Assembly: GCA_965216315.1 (NCBI GenBank)
Contig: CBDCFN010000016.1
Location: 1-64,000, forward strand
Length of the DNA: 64,000 bases
Direction: 5' to 3'
From: a bacterium
GTDB taxonomy: Bacteria; UBA10199; 2-02-FULL-50-16; JAJFLM01
In this document: positions 32,957 through 41,840 of the stretch, piece after piece
Position numbering within the stretch: the stretch's first letter is position 1
How the letters are laid out: every line of letters starts with the position of its first letter
Made by a program: the position numbers and the translations under genes
Notes under the pieces: generated by a model
What the model saw: only the letters and a program-made list of their open reading frames with translations
Told to the model about the DNA's origin: nothing
The model's database searches: none

Positions 32957-34305
32957 AATTCTTCTATTGGTAAGGGGTTGGCGGCGAGAAATCTATCGCC
33001 CTCCCAACCACTGATTACGTCGATACTGATATCCAAATATTTATCGCGATACTCTTCTTCAGTGATCAGGCCGGCGTCGAGCTGATAGCGCCGCAACACT
33101 TTGGGAATGAAATTACTGATGAGGGTGGCACTTTTCGGCCAGGGTCCGCTTCTCTTAAGATAAAGCAGGCGGGCGATCGTAAATGCGAGCCCGACCTTTT
33201 GAATGCCTGTGGACCGCGATTGATCCGGTTTGAAATTCCCTTCGCCCCGTAGCGAAACATGTGAGGGAGAGCGCGAAATATTATTAGAGCTACTCGCAAC
33301 GACTTCTCCATCCAAGGTTCGCATAATGAGAATGAGGTTAGCGTCGGGATTATTGGACGTGCGGCTGATGATGTGTCTGACCTCAGCTCCTACCGGGCCG
33401 GCAAGTTCACGCTCGGCCTCTGCCGGTGAAAAACGTTCGATAATCACCGGACAATCGCGCCCCTGTCGTTGCAGCGTCATTTTGAGGGGTGGGAATTCGG
33501 GGTCGCGTCGGGGAGTAAACGATAGTTTTGTTACGATGGGAATGTCAGGAATGGGCTCGGGGCGCGCCCGTTCAGCCAATTCATCGGGAGTTAAGAGCTT
33601 TACATCGGTGAGTTTCGTTGCCGCGGAGGGCAGGGCGCTCGTTCCTTCAACGCGCCCCAGAATATAGGAGGATCCGTCGAGCAGGCCGCCTAAAGCGACT
33701 TCAAGTCCGTTGATAATCATGTAGTCAGCGCTGCGATGACTCTTGGTGAGCGTAATCGGTGCGATTGTTCCATGAATGACCGGTTCATGCTGCCAGCGGG
33801 AGACGTCAACGGCGGGAATATGGTCGACCTCGCTGAGCAAGTCCGCCAGCCGGAAATAGGCGCGGTAATTGCGGCGGCGCTGCGGTTGCTGACTGATCGT
33901 AATCAACGGGGATTGATGGGTAATCTCCGCTACATTTAAAAAAGCCGGGTTTGGAATGATGGCGGGTAAAGCCATCACGATGGTTCCATCGGCCTCCGTC
34001 TGGAGAAAGTCTTCGTAACGGGAATTTTCAATCACGTGTGCGACTAAGGCGGTCTTGGTGTCGCGTGCCCAACGCATACCGGTGAGTCCTCCGTGAGTTC
34101 GATTCATCATGTAGAGCCGATTCAAGTCGTCGATGGCTTCGAACTGGACAGGGAGCTCACCTCGTTCGAAACGATTCATGAATTGTTGTTCTTGTGCGCG
34201 GGCCCGCGGCGGAGCGCTTGCGGTCAAATGCTGAGTAGAACTCGCGGCCAGGAGGCCGGTCGCATAGAGCCCGGACAGCGTCGTTGCGGTGAGAAAAAGA
34301 GACAT
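32953..34305 (-). CDS. Orphan protein with S/T/A/L-rich N-terminus and possible C-terminal GNAT-like segment
   Basis: About 450 aa; start moved to MSLF because the upstream ATG overlaps the promoter motif; segment ILIMRTLDGEVVAS...KPDQSRSTGIQKVGL. Confidence 0.65.
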   Translation of the reverse strand: MSLFLTATTLSGLYATGLLAASSTQHLTASAPPRARAQEQQFMNRFERGELPVQFEAIDDLNRLYMMNRTHGGLTGMRWARDTKTALVAHVIENSRYEDFLQTEADGTIVMALPAIIPNPAFLNVAEITHQSPLITISQQPQRRRNYRAYFRLADLLSEVDHIPAVDVSRWQHEPVIHGTIAPITLTKSHRSADYMIINGLEVALGGLLDGSSYILGRVEGTSALPSAATKLTDVKLLTPDELAERARPEPIPDIPIVTKLSFTPRRDPEFPPLKMTLQRQGRDCPVIIERFSPAEAERELAGPVGAEVRHIISRTSNNPDANLILIMRTLDGEVVASSSNNISRSPSHVSLRGEGNFKPDQSRSTGIQKVGLAFTIARLLYLKRSGPWPKSATLISNFIPKVLRRYQLDAGLITEEEYRDKYLDISIDVISGWEGDRFLAANPLPIEEL

Positions 34306-34313
34306 CAATAGCA

Positions 34314-34340
34314 TTGTCGCGATGCAGACAAAAAAGTTGT
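34314..34340 (-). promoter_or_regulatory. Sigma28-like promoter motif, copy 3
   Basis: ACAACTTT-N11-CGCGACAA, 8 nt before the ATG at 34305. Confidence 0.6.
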
Positions 34341-34399
34341 CGGCCGCCGTGGCGGAAATATCTCTTCAAGTTATTGTTTTTTATGGGAAAATTTGCTTC

Positions 34400-34426
34400 G
34401 AAACTTTTCGCATAAGGACGCGATAA
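34400..34426 (+). promoter_or_regulatory. Sigma28-like promoter motif, copy 4
   Basis: GAAACTTT-N11-CGCGATAA, 9 nt before the ATG at 34436. Confidence 0.65.
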
Positions 34427-34435
34427 AGGCACGCT

Positions 34436-35857
34436 ATGGTCTTGAGTGCGTCTCTCGCAAATGTGCAGGGGCTCGTGCAGCAGGGTTCTTTGGCGCAAGC
34501 GGCGACGACCCTGGGGCACTATTCCCATGTTGTATCAGGTATCGATTGGTTGGCGACAACCGCCACCGTGATTGCAGGTCTCGATCACGAGGAATCCGTA
34601 CGGCAGCATGCCCTGTCCCAGTTGCTGGCGAGCGAACCGGTGACGCGCCTCTTTCATTCTGACGACAGAGCGGTTTTTTCGGCGTCGGTTCGGTCGATGA
34701 CTTTCGACCATTTGCGTTCCCATGAAGCGGCAGTAGCGCATTTAATCGGGAGCTTTCCTGATTGGGATGAGCGGGTCGTCCAGCTCAGTCTGGCGAGTGT
34801 GATTCAGGCCGGTGGCCTGGGGGACTTAGTCCTGCAACTGGAACGCCGTTACGGCGATTTTACTGCTGAACAGTCGGCCCAAGCGCGGGAAGAGTTGCAG
34901 AGAACACGGGTGAATTTTAGCTCGGAATTTAAGGAATTTCGTCATTTTTCCATTGCGGAGAAACAGGCGGCTGTACGGGGAAAATGTACGATTCCCTTGG
35001 AACACAAAGAAATCATCGATGATAAATGTCGCAGTGTTAATTTTGTTCATACCCTGCTCGATCTGGCTTTTATACGCGCCTATCTGGATCGGACCTATCC
35101 GATGCATGAGCTCTATGCGCAGGGCGATCGGCCCCGCCTATTCAGTAATTATTTGCGCAGCATTCAAGACAGCGATGATTACGGGAATGGGAGCTGCATG
35201 CCGGCGACGACTCTGGCGGCCGATTTAGGCCTGCGGGCCGGCTTCGATTTCAAGTTTCTTCACCACGTCGGTCACGTCAATCTCTATCACGCGCCATCCC
35301 ACGTCGTCTTTGAGCCGGCACCCGGCGTCAACGATACGATTAATTTATTGAGTCGCTTCCAGCGCGGTGGGGCCTACGGAAGAACACAAACACCGACCCC
35401 TTTGGCGGCGTTGCTGGTCGGAGTCGCCGGCAATGTTCTCGTCGCGGAACGGCGCGAAGCGGACCTCGACGGCGCGGAGCGACTCTTTGCCGGTTTGGAG
35501 AAATTAGGCGCGCCGTCCAGTGCGTTTTATCTCCAAAAGGTTGAAATCGCCCTGTTGAGGCAAGACCCGGTCGCTGCGGAGCAAGCAATGCGTAAAGGGC
35601 TGGCCGTGAATGCGACCGATTACCGGCTCGTCGCGAGAGGCTTCGATATCATGGCGTTACGTGATTCCGAGCAGGCCTTAAAACGTGGGGAGGCTATCTT
35701 GTGTCAGCTGACCGGGATGCGTCAGCGCATGCGGGCGACTTTCGGCGAAGGTCAGCTCACCCAAATTGATCGGTGGGCGCGTTCCCTGCGGCGCCGCATC
35801 GGGGACACCCGTGAGCGGATCCGCACTCAACAACGGGCCGGCGACCGCGAGGACTAG
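34436..35857 (+). CDS. Orphan protein with a transglutaminase-like (Cys-His-Glu) segment and TPR-like C-terminus
   Basis: GNGSCMPATTLAADLGLRAG...HHVGHVNLY...VVFEP, followed by helical repeats. Confidence 0.65.
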   Translation: MVLSASLANVQGLVQQGSLAQAATTLGHYSHVVSGIDWLATTATVIAGLDHEESVRQHALSQLLASEPVTRLFHSDDRAVFSASVRSMTFDHLRSHEAAVAHLIGSFPDWDERVVQLSLASVIQAGGLGDLVLQLERRYGDFTAEQSAQAREELQRTRVNFSSEFKEFRHFSIAEKQAAVRGKCTIPLEHKEIIDDKCRSVNFVHTLLDLAFIRAYLDRTYPMHELYAQGDRPRLFSNYLRSIQDSDDYGNGSCMPATTLAADLGLRAGFDFKFLHHVGHVNLYHAPSHVVFEPAPGVNDTINLLSRFQRGGAYGRTQTPTPLAALLVGVAGNVLVAERREADLDGAERLFAGLEKLGAPSSAFYLQKVEIALLRQDPVAAEQAMRKGLAVNATDYRLVARGFDIMALRDSEQALKRGEAILCQLTGMRQRMRATFGEGQLTQIDRWARSLRRRIGDTRERIRTQQRAGDRED

Positions 35858-36004
35858 CCGTTTACTATTTTATTGAAAATACTATCTCAATTCCCTCTAG
35901 CTTAAATAGGCATTTCAATATAAATTAAATAATATCAAATAGTTATATTAATATATTAATTGAAGCAGTGTATACTCTCGTCAACAAATTCTCCGTCAAA
36001 ACAC

Positions 36005-36031
36005 GCACCTAAAGCGGCCCCCCGCCGATAA
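36005..36031 (+). promoter_or_regulatory. Sigma28-like promoter motif, copy 5
   Basis: GCACCTAA-N11-GCCGATAA (perfect FliA -10 box) upstream of the tandem paralogs. Confidence 0.65.
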
Positions 36032-36114
36032 TACAATCAAATTCGGCAAGACCGGCTTATCCAGCCATGAGTCATTGCCTGGTGCAAAAAACTTTTTAAG
36101 TGGGAGACGGAAAC

Positions 36115-36798
36115 ATGACAGTATCAAATGTAGATCAAGGTTATATCAATCGTTATGTAAGCGCGGCCGTGAAATTAAATCCGAAGATGACGCGTGAGCA
36201 GATTGATTTTGCCTTGAGTCATACGATCGTCAGAGAGATGGGGGAAAAGGGCAAGGTCGTCAATCGCGAGGCCCTCCTGAAAGATATCCGGGCGAGTAAG
36301 GGTGTCGTTCCGCAACAGGCAACGGGAGCCCAGCTGCAAGGTGATCCTCCCAATGAATTGCCCAAGGTGAAAGACCCAGAACCAGTTGTTGAAAAGAAGG
36401 CACGCATTACGGAAGAAGTTATCTATACGGGTTACTTCCCGCCTTATCTCGGAGAAGGAAGTTCGCTGGGTGTCCACTTGAACAAGCTCTTGGGCGCACA
36501 AAATATTGCCGTGCAGGGAATTACGCTGGTCAGTGAGCCACGTGAATTACCCGCAAATAATAAGAATGTCGTCGGCATGTGGGTAGCAATTTCCGAAGAC
36601 GGAAGCGTTGGTGTGAACTACCGAGTTGTTCATGGCAAAGACTTGATTGAAGAGAATAAACTTGCGGTCGCGATGTTCAACTGGTTGGAGAAGGACAAAT
36701 TTCCGGAAGATGCACGTCCAGAAGGTTGGGTGTACGTTGAAGTTCAGCTGGCGCCGCCCGCTGAGAAGCAGGACGATAAGATAGCGCTAAATTTCTAA
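36115..36798 (+). CDS. Hypothetical protein, paralog A
   Basis: GGAG RBS; N-terminal block (AAVKLNP..QI.FALSHTI.REM.E.GKVV.R) shared with the next gene. Confidence 0.8.
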   Translation: MTVSNVDQGYINRYVSAAVKLNPKMTREQIDFALSHTIVREMGEKGKVVNREALLKDIRASKGVVPQQATGAQLQGDPPNELPKVKDPEPVVEKKARITEEVIYTGYFPPYLGEGSSLGVHLNKLLGAQNIAVQGITLVSEPRELPANNKNVVGMWVAISEDGSVGVNYRVVHGKDLIEENKLAVAMFNWLEKDKFPEDARPEGWVYVEVQLAPPAEKQDDKIALNF

Positions 36799-36900
36799 AC
36801 GAATCTATCGGGGGATAGTGTTATGTCAGGTGCGAATTTCCGGCAAATGCCTGTCCCTCAATACTAATCATTTGCAACAACAAAATTGGGAGACATTTAA

Positions 36901-37506
36901 ATGGCAGTAGGAAGTACACAATCAGGAGTCAGCCAAGCGTATTTTGATCAATACGTCGAGGCGGCTGTAAAGTTAAATCCGGGAATGGATCAGGACCAGA
37001 TCAAGTTTGCCTTGAGTCACACGATTGCCCGCGAGATGCGCGAGCAGGGCAAGGTTGTCGATCGTACTAAGCTTATGGCTGACATTGGGAAAACGAAGGG
37101 TCTGCAATTAGCGAAGGCTCCTTCCGCCGTACTCCACGGAAATCCGCCTAAGGTTGAGAAAGCCACTGTCAATACGAGTGCCTTTGTGGGGCATGTGGGC
37201 ACTTTAATTGCAGGAGCAGGTATTGACGAAGCCACTGTCAGCATCGTTCCAAAGCCGACCGATGAGACGCCAGAAAAACCAAATACGGTGATACTTGAAG
37301 TTCAGTTGCTTGACGGCGGAATGGTCCATAACGTTAAAGCTGTAAGAGGCGAAAAGCGTGTCGATCATAATAAATGGGTAGAAGCTATGAATCCGATGAC
37401 AAAGAATTTCCCGGCAGGCTCATTCCCTAAAGTTAACGAGCACGGTATTAGTACCGTCTACGTTCAAGTTGAGTTGCCGCCGCCGGCTGAAAAGCCTGGG
37501 GCCTAA
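36901..37506 (+). CDS. Hypothetical protein, paralog B
   Basis: GGAG RBS; shares the N-terminal block and the C-terminal VYV.V.L.PPAEK with paralog A. Confidence 0.8.
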   Translation: MAVGSTQSGVSQAYFDQYVEAAVKLNPGMDQDQIKFALSHTIAREMREQGKVVDRTKLMADIGKTKGLQLAKAPSAVLHGNPPKVEKATVNTSAFVGHVGTLIAGAGIDEATVSIVPKPTDETPEKPNTVILEVQLLDGGMVHNVKAVRGEKRVDHNKWVEAMNPMTKNFPAGSFPKVNEHGISTVYVQVELPPPAEKPGA

Positions 37507-37904
37507 ATTGCTTCGAGTAACGTCATTACACGTTTTCTAAGCTCATCGCGCACCGCACGAAAGTTCTCCAATGTCTCGCCGATGGGGTCGTGGACCGTCC
37601 AATCCACGTGCTCCTCGGCGGGGACATAGGGGCAACGATCCCCGCACAGACTAATCACATAATCAAAATTTTGCTTCGGCAGATCATCGACGGACTTCGA
37701 CCACTGTGCGGAGATGTCGATACCGGCTTCGAGCATCACGGCCTGGGTTTCGTCGGGAACGCTTCCCATCGGAGCGGAACCGGCACTAAAGACTTCGATG
37801 TCGTCGCGGTCCTGTTCGGCCGCGAAGTGACGGAGAAAGCCTTCCGCCATCTGCGAACGGCAGGCGTTGCCGATACACACGAATAGAACGGTTGTAGTAC
37901 TCAT
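37503..37904 (-). CDS. arsC: Arsenate reductase / low-molecular-weight phosphatase family
   Basis: VLFVCIGNACRSQMAEG, SAGS and W...DP. Confidence 0.85.
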   Translation of the reverse strand: MSTTTVLFVCIGNACRSQMAEGFLRHFAAEQDRDDIEVFSAGSAPMGSVPDETQAVMLEAGIDISAQWSKSVDDLPKQNFDYVISLCGDRCPYVPAEEHVDWTVHDPIGETLENFRAVRDELRKRVMTLLEAI

Positions 37905-37922
37905 GTTTCAGTAGCTGGTTAA

Positions 37923-38036
37923 GTAAACCTGTAGCTTTGCTAGCAGGTTTACGTGGGGGTATGGGGGATATCGGCAGTGAGGTCAAGTATAGAAAGACGC
38001 GAGTAGCAACGATAACGAGCTGCCGGGTCCCCCATT
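37923..38036. repeat. Structured intergenic element with two stem-loops
   Basis: gtaaacctgtagc-ttt-gctagcaggtttac, then atggggga..cggcag...ctgccg..tcccccat. Confidence 0.6.
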
Positions 38037-38037
38037 C

Positions 38038-39444
38038 TCATGCCGCTTTGCCGTGCGGAAGCAACTCCGGAATCTCTTCTTCGGTTGTGGGGGGGTGCTT
38101 GATGGGCACAAGCAGTGCGACGGGAGCGATCAGCAGTCCGAGCCCACTCATCGCAAAGAGACTGACGGTTCCCACTGCCATTCGCAGGACGCGCCGCCAG
38201 GCGGAGTGGTTGATCTTGTTGCGTGCCTGCGCCCGGTCCCATAGGGCTTGGCTGCGGTGGCTGGTAAAGGCTTTGAAGTGAGTGGCAAATAAACCAGTGA
38301 GCTCAGGTCGTTGTGAGACATGGGCGACGGTTTTGACCATGCGCCGTGCCATAAAGCCGTAAAAGAGGTTGAAGAGGCGATGATAGAGTCGATATTCCTC
38401 AATCCGGTTGGGATGCTGAATCAGGCTTTCCAAGAGGATGCATTCGTAAAAGATGCAATGAGAGCGTTTGTCTTCGATCAGAGAATGGAGGAGATTTTTC
38501 TCTTTGGGTCGGTGTTGGCTCAGCCAATAGGCAAACGTGCTCGAATAAAAACTCAGCCACTCTTCGAAGGCCGTCAGAGTATGGCACAGGATGGCATTTC
38601 GGCTCAGTCCACAAGTCCAGCGGATAACGCGCGTAAAGTAACGGTGCCAGAAACCGAGGCGCTTTTCGTCGCTCGTCGTTTCACCGGACAACTGATGGGC
38701 AATGCGGGTATGCCGGTATCCATTGCGGACGATATTAATCAGTTCGCGGCTTTCCCAAAAACTCTGGCTCCACGACAGTCTGCGGAGCTGAAGTCCGCAA
38801 TTGCCTAATTCGCACACGAGCAGATTGATAAAGCCCGGCAGCGCTAATGAGGCCTGCTTAGTTGCCATGCCGGGGATGACCGGATCAAAGGCGGGGTCTT
38901 CAAGGTGAGGGGGCTCCGATTCCGGGTGGCGCCATATCTCGGTGCCATGCGTGCGCTCGAGGCTGACGCCAATCTGCCGACTCCAATACCTTAAGGCCTC
39001 CATTTCTTGTTCACTAAAGTCGCCATCGATTTTGTTGACGAGTTGGATGATCGCGACGATGGGCTGCTGCTCGTCACCTTCACGGTAAACGGGAACCGTT
39101 AACATGGATTGGGTCTGAAATCCCTTCGGGTCTTTATTAAAGTAGTGACCGAACTCAGAGTTTGGAACGTCGTTTAAAAGCAGCGGTGTTTTCTCTTGAT
39201 AGACGCGTCCCGCGACCCCCACATCCCAGGGCAGTTCGATGTCCCAGGTAAAACTGCTGGCGGCGCGGCTGCGCAGCAATTGCTGCTCAGGGACCGCGAG
39301 GAATAAGTTAGTCCGTTCCACACTAAAGAGATCGCAGAGTAGGGTGACCAGACTATCCCACAAGAGATGGACTGCGGGGGGATCCATCAAGCACTCCCAT
39401 AAACGTCGCGCCTCCGCCGAACTCAGCAGGTAGATATGGTTCAT
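38038..39444 (-). CDS. GAF domain fused to a ferritin-like helical domain and a C-terminal TM segment
   Basis: GAF motifs GVAGRV, TQSMLTVP and QLVNKIDGDFSEQE; helical region with GYRH, AFEE and DKRSH. Confidence 0.7.
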   Translation of the reverse strand: MNHIYLLSSAEARRLWECLMDPPAVHLLWDSLVTLLCDLFSVERTNLFLAVPEQQLLRSRAASSFTWDIELPWDVGVAGRVYQEKTPLLLNDVPNSEFGHYFNKDPKGFQTQSMLTVPVYREGDEQQPIVAIIQLVNKIDGDFSEQEMEALRYWSRQIGVSLERTHGTEIWRHPESEPPHLEDPAFDPVIPGMATKQASLALPGFINLLVCELGNCGLQLRRLSWSQSFWESRELINIVRNGYRHTRIAHQLSGETTSDEKRLGFWHRYFTRVIRWTCGLSRNAILCHTLTAFEEWLSFYSSTFAYWLSQHRPKEKNLLHSLIEDKRSHCIFYECILLESLIQHPNRIEEYRLYHRLFNLFYGFMARRMVKTVAHVSQRPELTGLFATHFKAFTSHRSQALWDRAQARNKINHSAWRRVLRMAVGTVSLFAMSGLGLLIAPVALLVPIKHPPTTEEEIPELLPHGKAA

Positions 39445-39589
39445 CTAGTGCCATGGTACTAAAAAAATATTGAAATTTGGAGGCTAAAAAAGCTTTTATT
39501 ATGACGCAGTTAGGAAATTTTATGACTTAAAATTATCAATTTGAGAAACATCAGCAAGTCTGGTGCCTTAGCCATTTTAGGGCAAATAC

Positions 39590-39683
39590 GACGGGTGACC
39601 CGAGTGAGAGTTTTGCGAGCGAGACCGAGCTGGGAAAGCGAGGCGAGGGAGTCACAAACTCTCACGGGAGGGCAGGACCCGTC
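39590..39683. repeat. Structured intergenic element with nested inverted repeats, after the dcd stop
   Basis: gacgggt...acccgtc ends; gtgagagttt/aaactctcac inner stem; gcgagcgaga and aaagcgag in the loop. Confidence 0.6.
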
Positions 39684-39687
39684 ACAA

Positions 39688-40245
39688 TTATTCTACTTTA
39701 GCAGTCGTGATAGTTTTCTGACCCTGATACTTTCCGCCCTTGTCTTTGTACGAGGTCTCACAGACTTCGTCAGCGCTGACGAAGACGATCTGGGCGATGC
39801 CTTCATGGGCATAGAGGCGAACGGGTTGGGAACTGACGTTGAAGATCTTCATCGTCACGACTCCCTCCCATTCCGGTTCTAAGGGAGTGATATGAGGCAG
39901 CACGCCGCAACGTGCATAGGTGGATTTGCCGAAACACAAGACGAGCACATCGCGAGGGATACGAAAGTATTCTAGCGACCGCCCCAGCACCGAGCCACCT
40001 GCCGGAATGACAACGGAGTCTGCGCGTGCCGACTCATACTTGAGCGATGATTTCTTTTTGGGGTCGAGCACCTGGCCCTCATCAAGTTGGGGGAATTGAA
40101 ATTCATCGGCGAGACGCATGTCGTAGCCGTAAGCAGAGACCCCGTAGGAAATAACCCCTTTGCCGACGGCATTGGGTTCGAACGGCTCGATCATGCCGTG
40201 TTCCGTGGCCATGCGACGGATCCAGTGATCTGGCTTAACGGACAT
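39688..40245 (-). CDS. dcd: dCTP deaminase
   Basis: ISYGVSAYGYD, GKSTYARCG, TPLEPEWEG and GKYQGQ. Confidence 0.95.
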   Translation of the reverse strand: MSVKPDHWIRRMATEHGMIEPFEPNAVGKGVISYGVSAYGYDMRLADEFQFPQLDEGQVLDPKKKSSLKYESARADSVVIPAGGSVLGRSLEYFRIPRDVLVLCFGKSTYARCGVLPHITPLEPEWEGVVTMKIFNVSSQPVRLYAHEGIAQIVFVSADEVCETSYKDKGGKYQGQKTITTAKVE

Positions 40246-40246
40246 A

Positions 40247-40289
40247 AGAATGGGGGGCTGTGCTTCGCCCAATTCCCCCCATACCCCCT
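40247..40289 (-). repeat. Short hairpin element sharing termini with the 37955-38036 element
   Basis: Reverse complement gggggtatggggg...cccccattct. Confidence 0.5.
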
Positions 40290-40384
40290 TTCTGGTTCGC
40301 TCGAATGAAGTGAATTCATTCGAGCTTACACGCGGTTGAATAACTTAGAACGTTATTTCTCAGGTGGAGACAGGAGTCAAGGAA

Positions 40385-41764
40385 TCAACCGCTGACAAGT
40401 TCGCTTGCATGGGAGCGATCGAAAAGACTGGCGGGATCTTGGCCGACATGGAGATTGGCCTGGAGGTGGGCGGCTGTCTGTTTGAGTGCAAAGGCGAAGC
40501 CCGACGTCGGATCGGCTTCAATGGCCTCACGCACGAGTTGATTGACGTGAGCAGCGCTTTCGGGCGCACCGGCATCGGCAAGCGTACGCGCGAGTTTCGT
40601 CAACAGCATGGCGCGGTCGGAGGCATCACTTATTCTTGAGGCGATGTCTAATGAACTGGTCAGCCAGTTGAGATGCATGAGACGAAGATACCAGTTGAGG
40701 GTGGCCTCCGCGATGAAACTTAAAGTCGTATTGTGACTGGCCTCTGAGGGCTGCTGCGCGATTGCGTTGACCAATTCGTCGATTAGCTGGGGGCCCAGCG
40801 GGCCCAGTCCCGCTGGCGGGAGATTCGCTGCCAGCGTGCGCAGCCGGTGACTGCGGTGGACCGGATCGGTGTCGGCCTGGGCATGGGATAAGATGTGTCG
40901 AAATAATGAGGGGATCAGGGCATGGCGACCTCGTTTGCTGAGAAGGCTCATGGCTTGGCACAACGATGCGGTATCACCTGTCACGTGCAAATCGCTGATG
41001 AGCTGATCGCCCCACTCGTGAAGTCCATGTTGGTAAAATAAGGCAACGTGGCGGAGCAGGCAACGATGACGAGTGCCACTATCTTCAATGCGGCTGAGGG
41101 CGTTACGTGTTTCCGTGAGGAGTGTGAGCGGGCGCGCGATCGCCGGCTGTATCATATACGTTTCACTGATGAGAAATTGGAGTCGCGACTGAAACGAGGC
41201 ATCGGTCAAGCTGAGGCCATCCTGCTTCGCTCGTTCCAGCGCATGTCCTGCGAGCAAAGGCTCCTTATGTTCGGCGGCCTTGCGGGCAAAATAAACGAAA
41301 CTCTGTCCCCGGTATTCAGGCAGACCCATTTGTTCGACTTGCCGCAGTTCCGCTTCCAAGCTTGGATCCAGGTCGATGGACGCTAAACCGGGATGGCCCA
41401 GCTGAAGGGACCCCAAGATTTCGGTGCAATAGCTTTGAATTAAGTCGGGAGCGAGGAAAAAGGGGGTGAAGCCGGGTTGCTGCACGATGCGGGCGAGGCC
41501 TGCCGGGAGGGAGTGATCGGTGCCGAGCTCTCGTTGCAATAAAGTTTGAAAGCGCCAGACGGCCTGACTCAGATCACGGGAGCCGGCTTGAAGGGCCTGG
41601 AGTCCCCGTTCGGGTTGGGCAAAGGCCTGGGCCGCCGTGCGCAGGGCCTGCGGATCCCGCCGCGAAACGGCGCCTTGATCCTGCAGGACCGAGCAGACCA
41701 GGCTGCCAAAGGAGGTGGCCGCGAGAGCCGTGGGTGTTAGCAAGGTTGAGGTAAACATAGACAT
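40385..41764 (-). CDS. Orphan alpha-helical repeat protein with S/T/A/L-rich N-terminus
   Basis: 459 aa; TPR-like repeats such as LDIASRISDASDRAMLLTKLARTLADAG. Confidence 0.7.
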   Translation of the reverse strand: MSMFTSTLLTPTALAATSFGSLVCSVLQDQGAVSRRDPQALRTAAQAFAQPERGLQALQAGSRDLSQAVWRFQTLLQRELGTDHSLPAGLARIVQQPGFTPFFLAPDLIQSYCTEILGSLQLGHPGLASIDLDPSLEAELRQVEQMGLPEYRGQSFVYFARKAAEHKEPLLAGHALERAKQDGLSLTDASFQSRLQFLISETYMIQPAIARPLTLLTETRNALSRIEDSGTRHRCLLRHVALFYQHGLHEWGDQLISDLHVTGDTASLCQAMSLLSKRGRHALIPSLFRHILSHAQADTDPVHRSHRLRTLAANLPPAGLGPLGPQLIDELVNAIAQQPSEASHNTTLSFIAEATLNWYLRLMHLNWLTSSLDIASRISDASDRAMLLTKLARTLADAGAPESAAHVNQLVREAIEADPTSGFAFALKQTAAHLQANLHVGQDPASLFDRSHASELVSG

Positions 41765-41812
41765 TGCAAATACTTGTAAATATTAGTTTAAAGGCCCTCC
41801 TGGGGCCGTCCC

Positions 41813-41839
41813 TTATCGACGAAAATTGGGAAATGTTGC
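41813..41839 (-). promoter_or_regulatory. Sigma28-like promoter motif, copy 6
   Basis: GCAACATT-N11-GTCGATAA upstream of the 41764 gene. Confidence 0.7.
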
Positions 41840-41840
41840 T

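Noticed and set aside
35969..35986. Additional TGT...ACA box
   Set aside because: The spacer is 12 rather than 11, and no sigma54 promoter follows.
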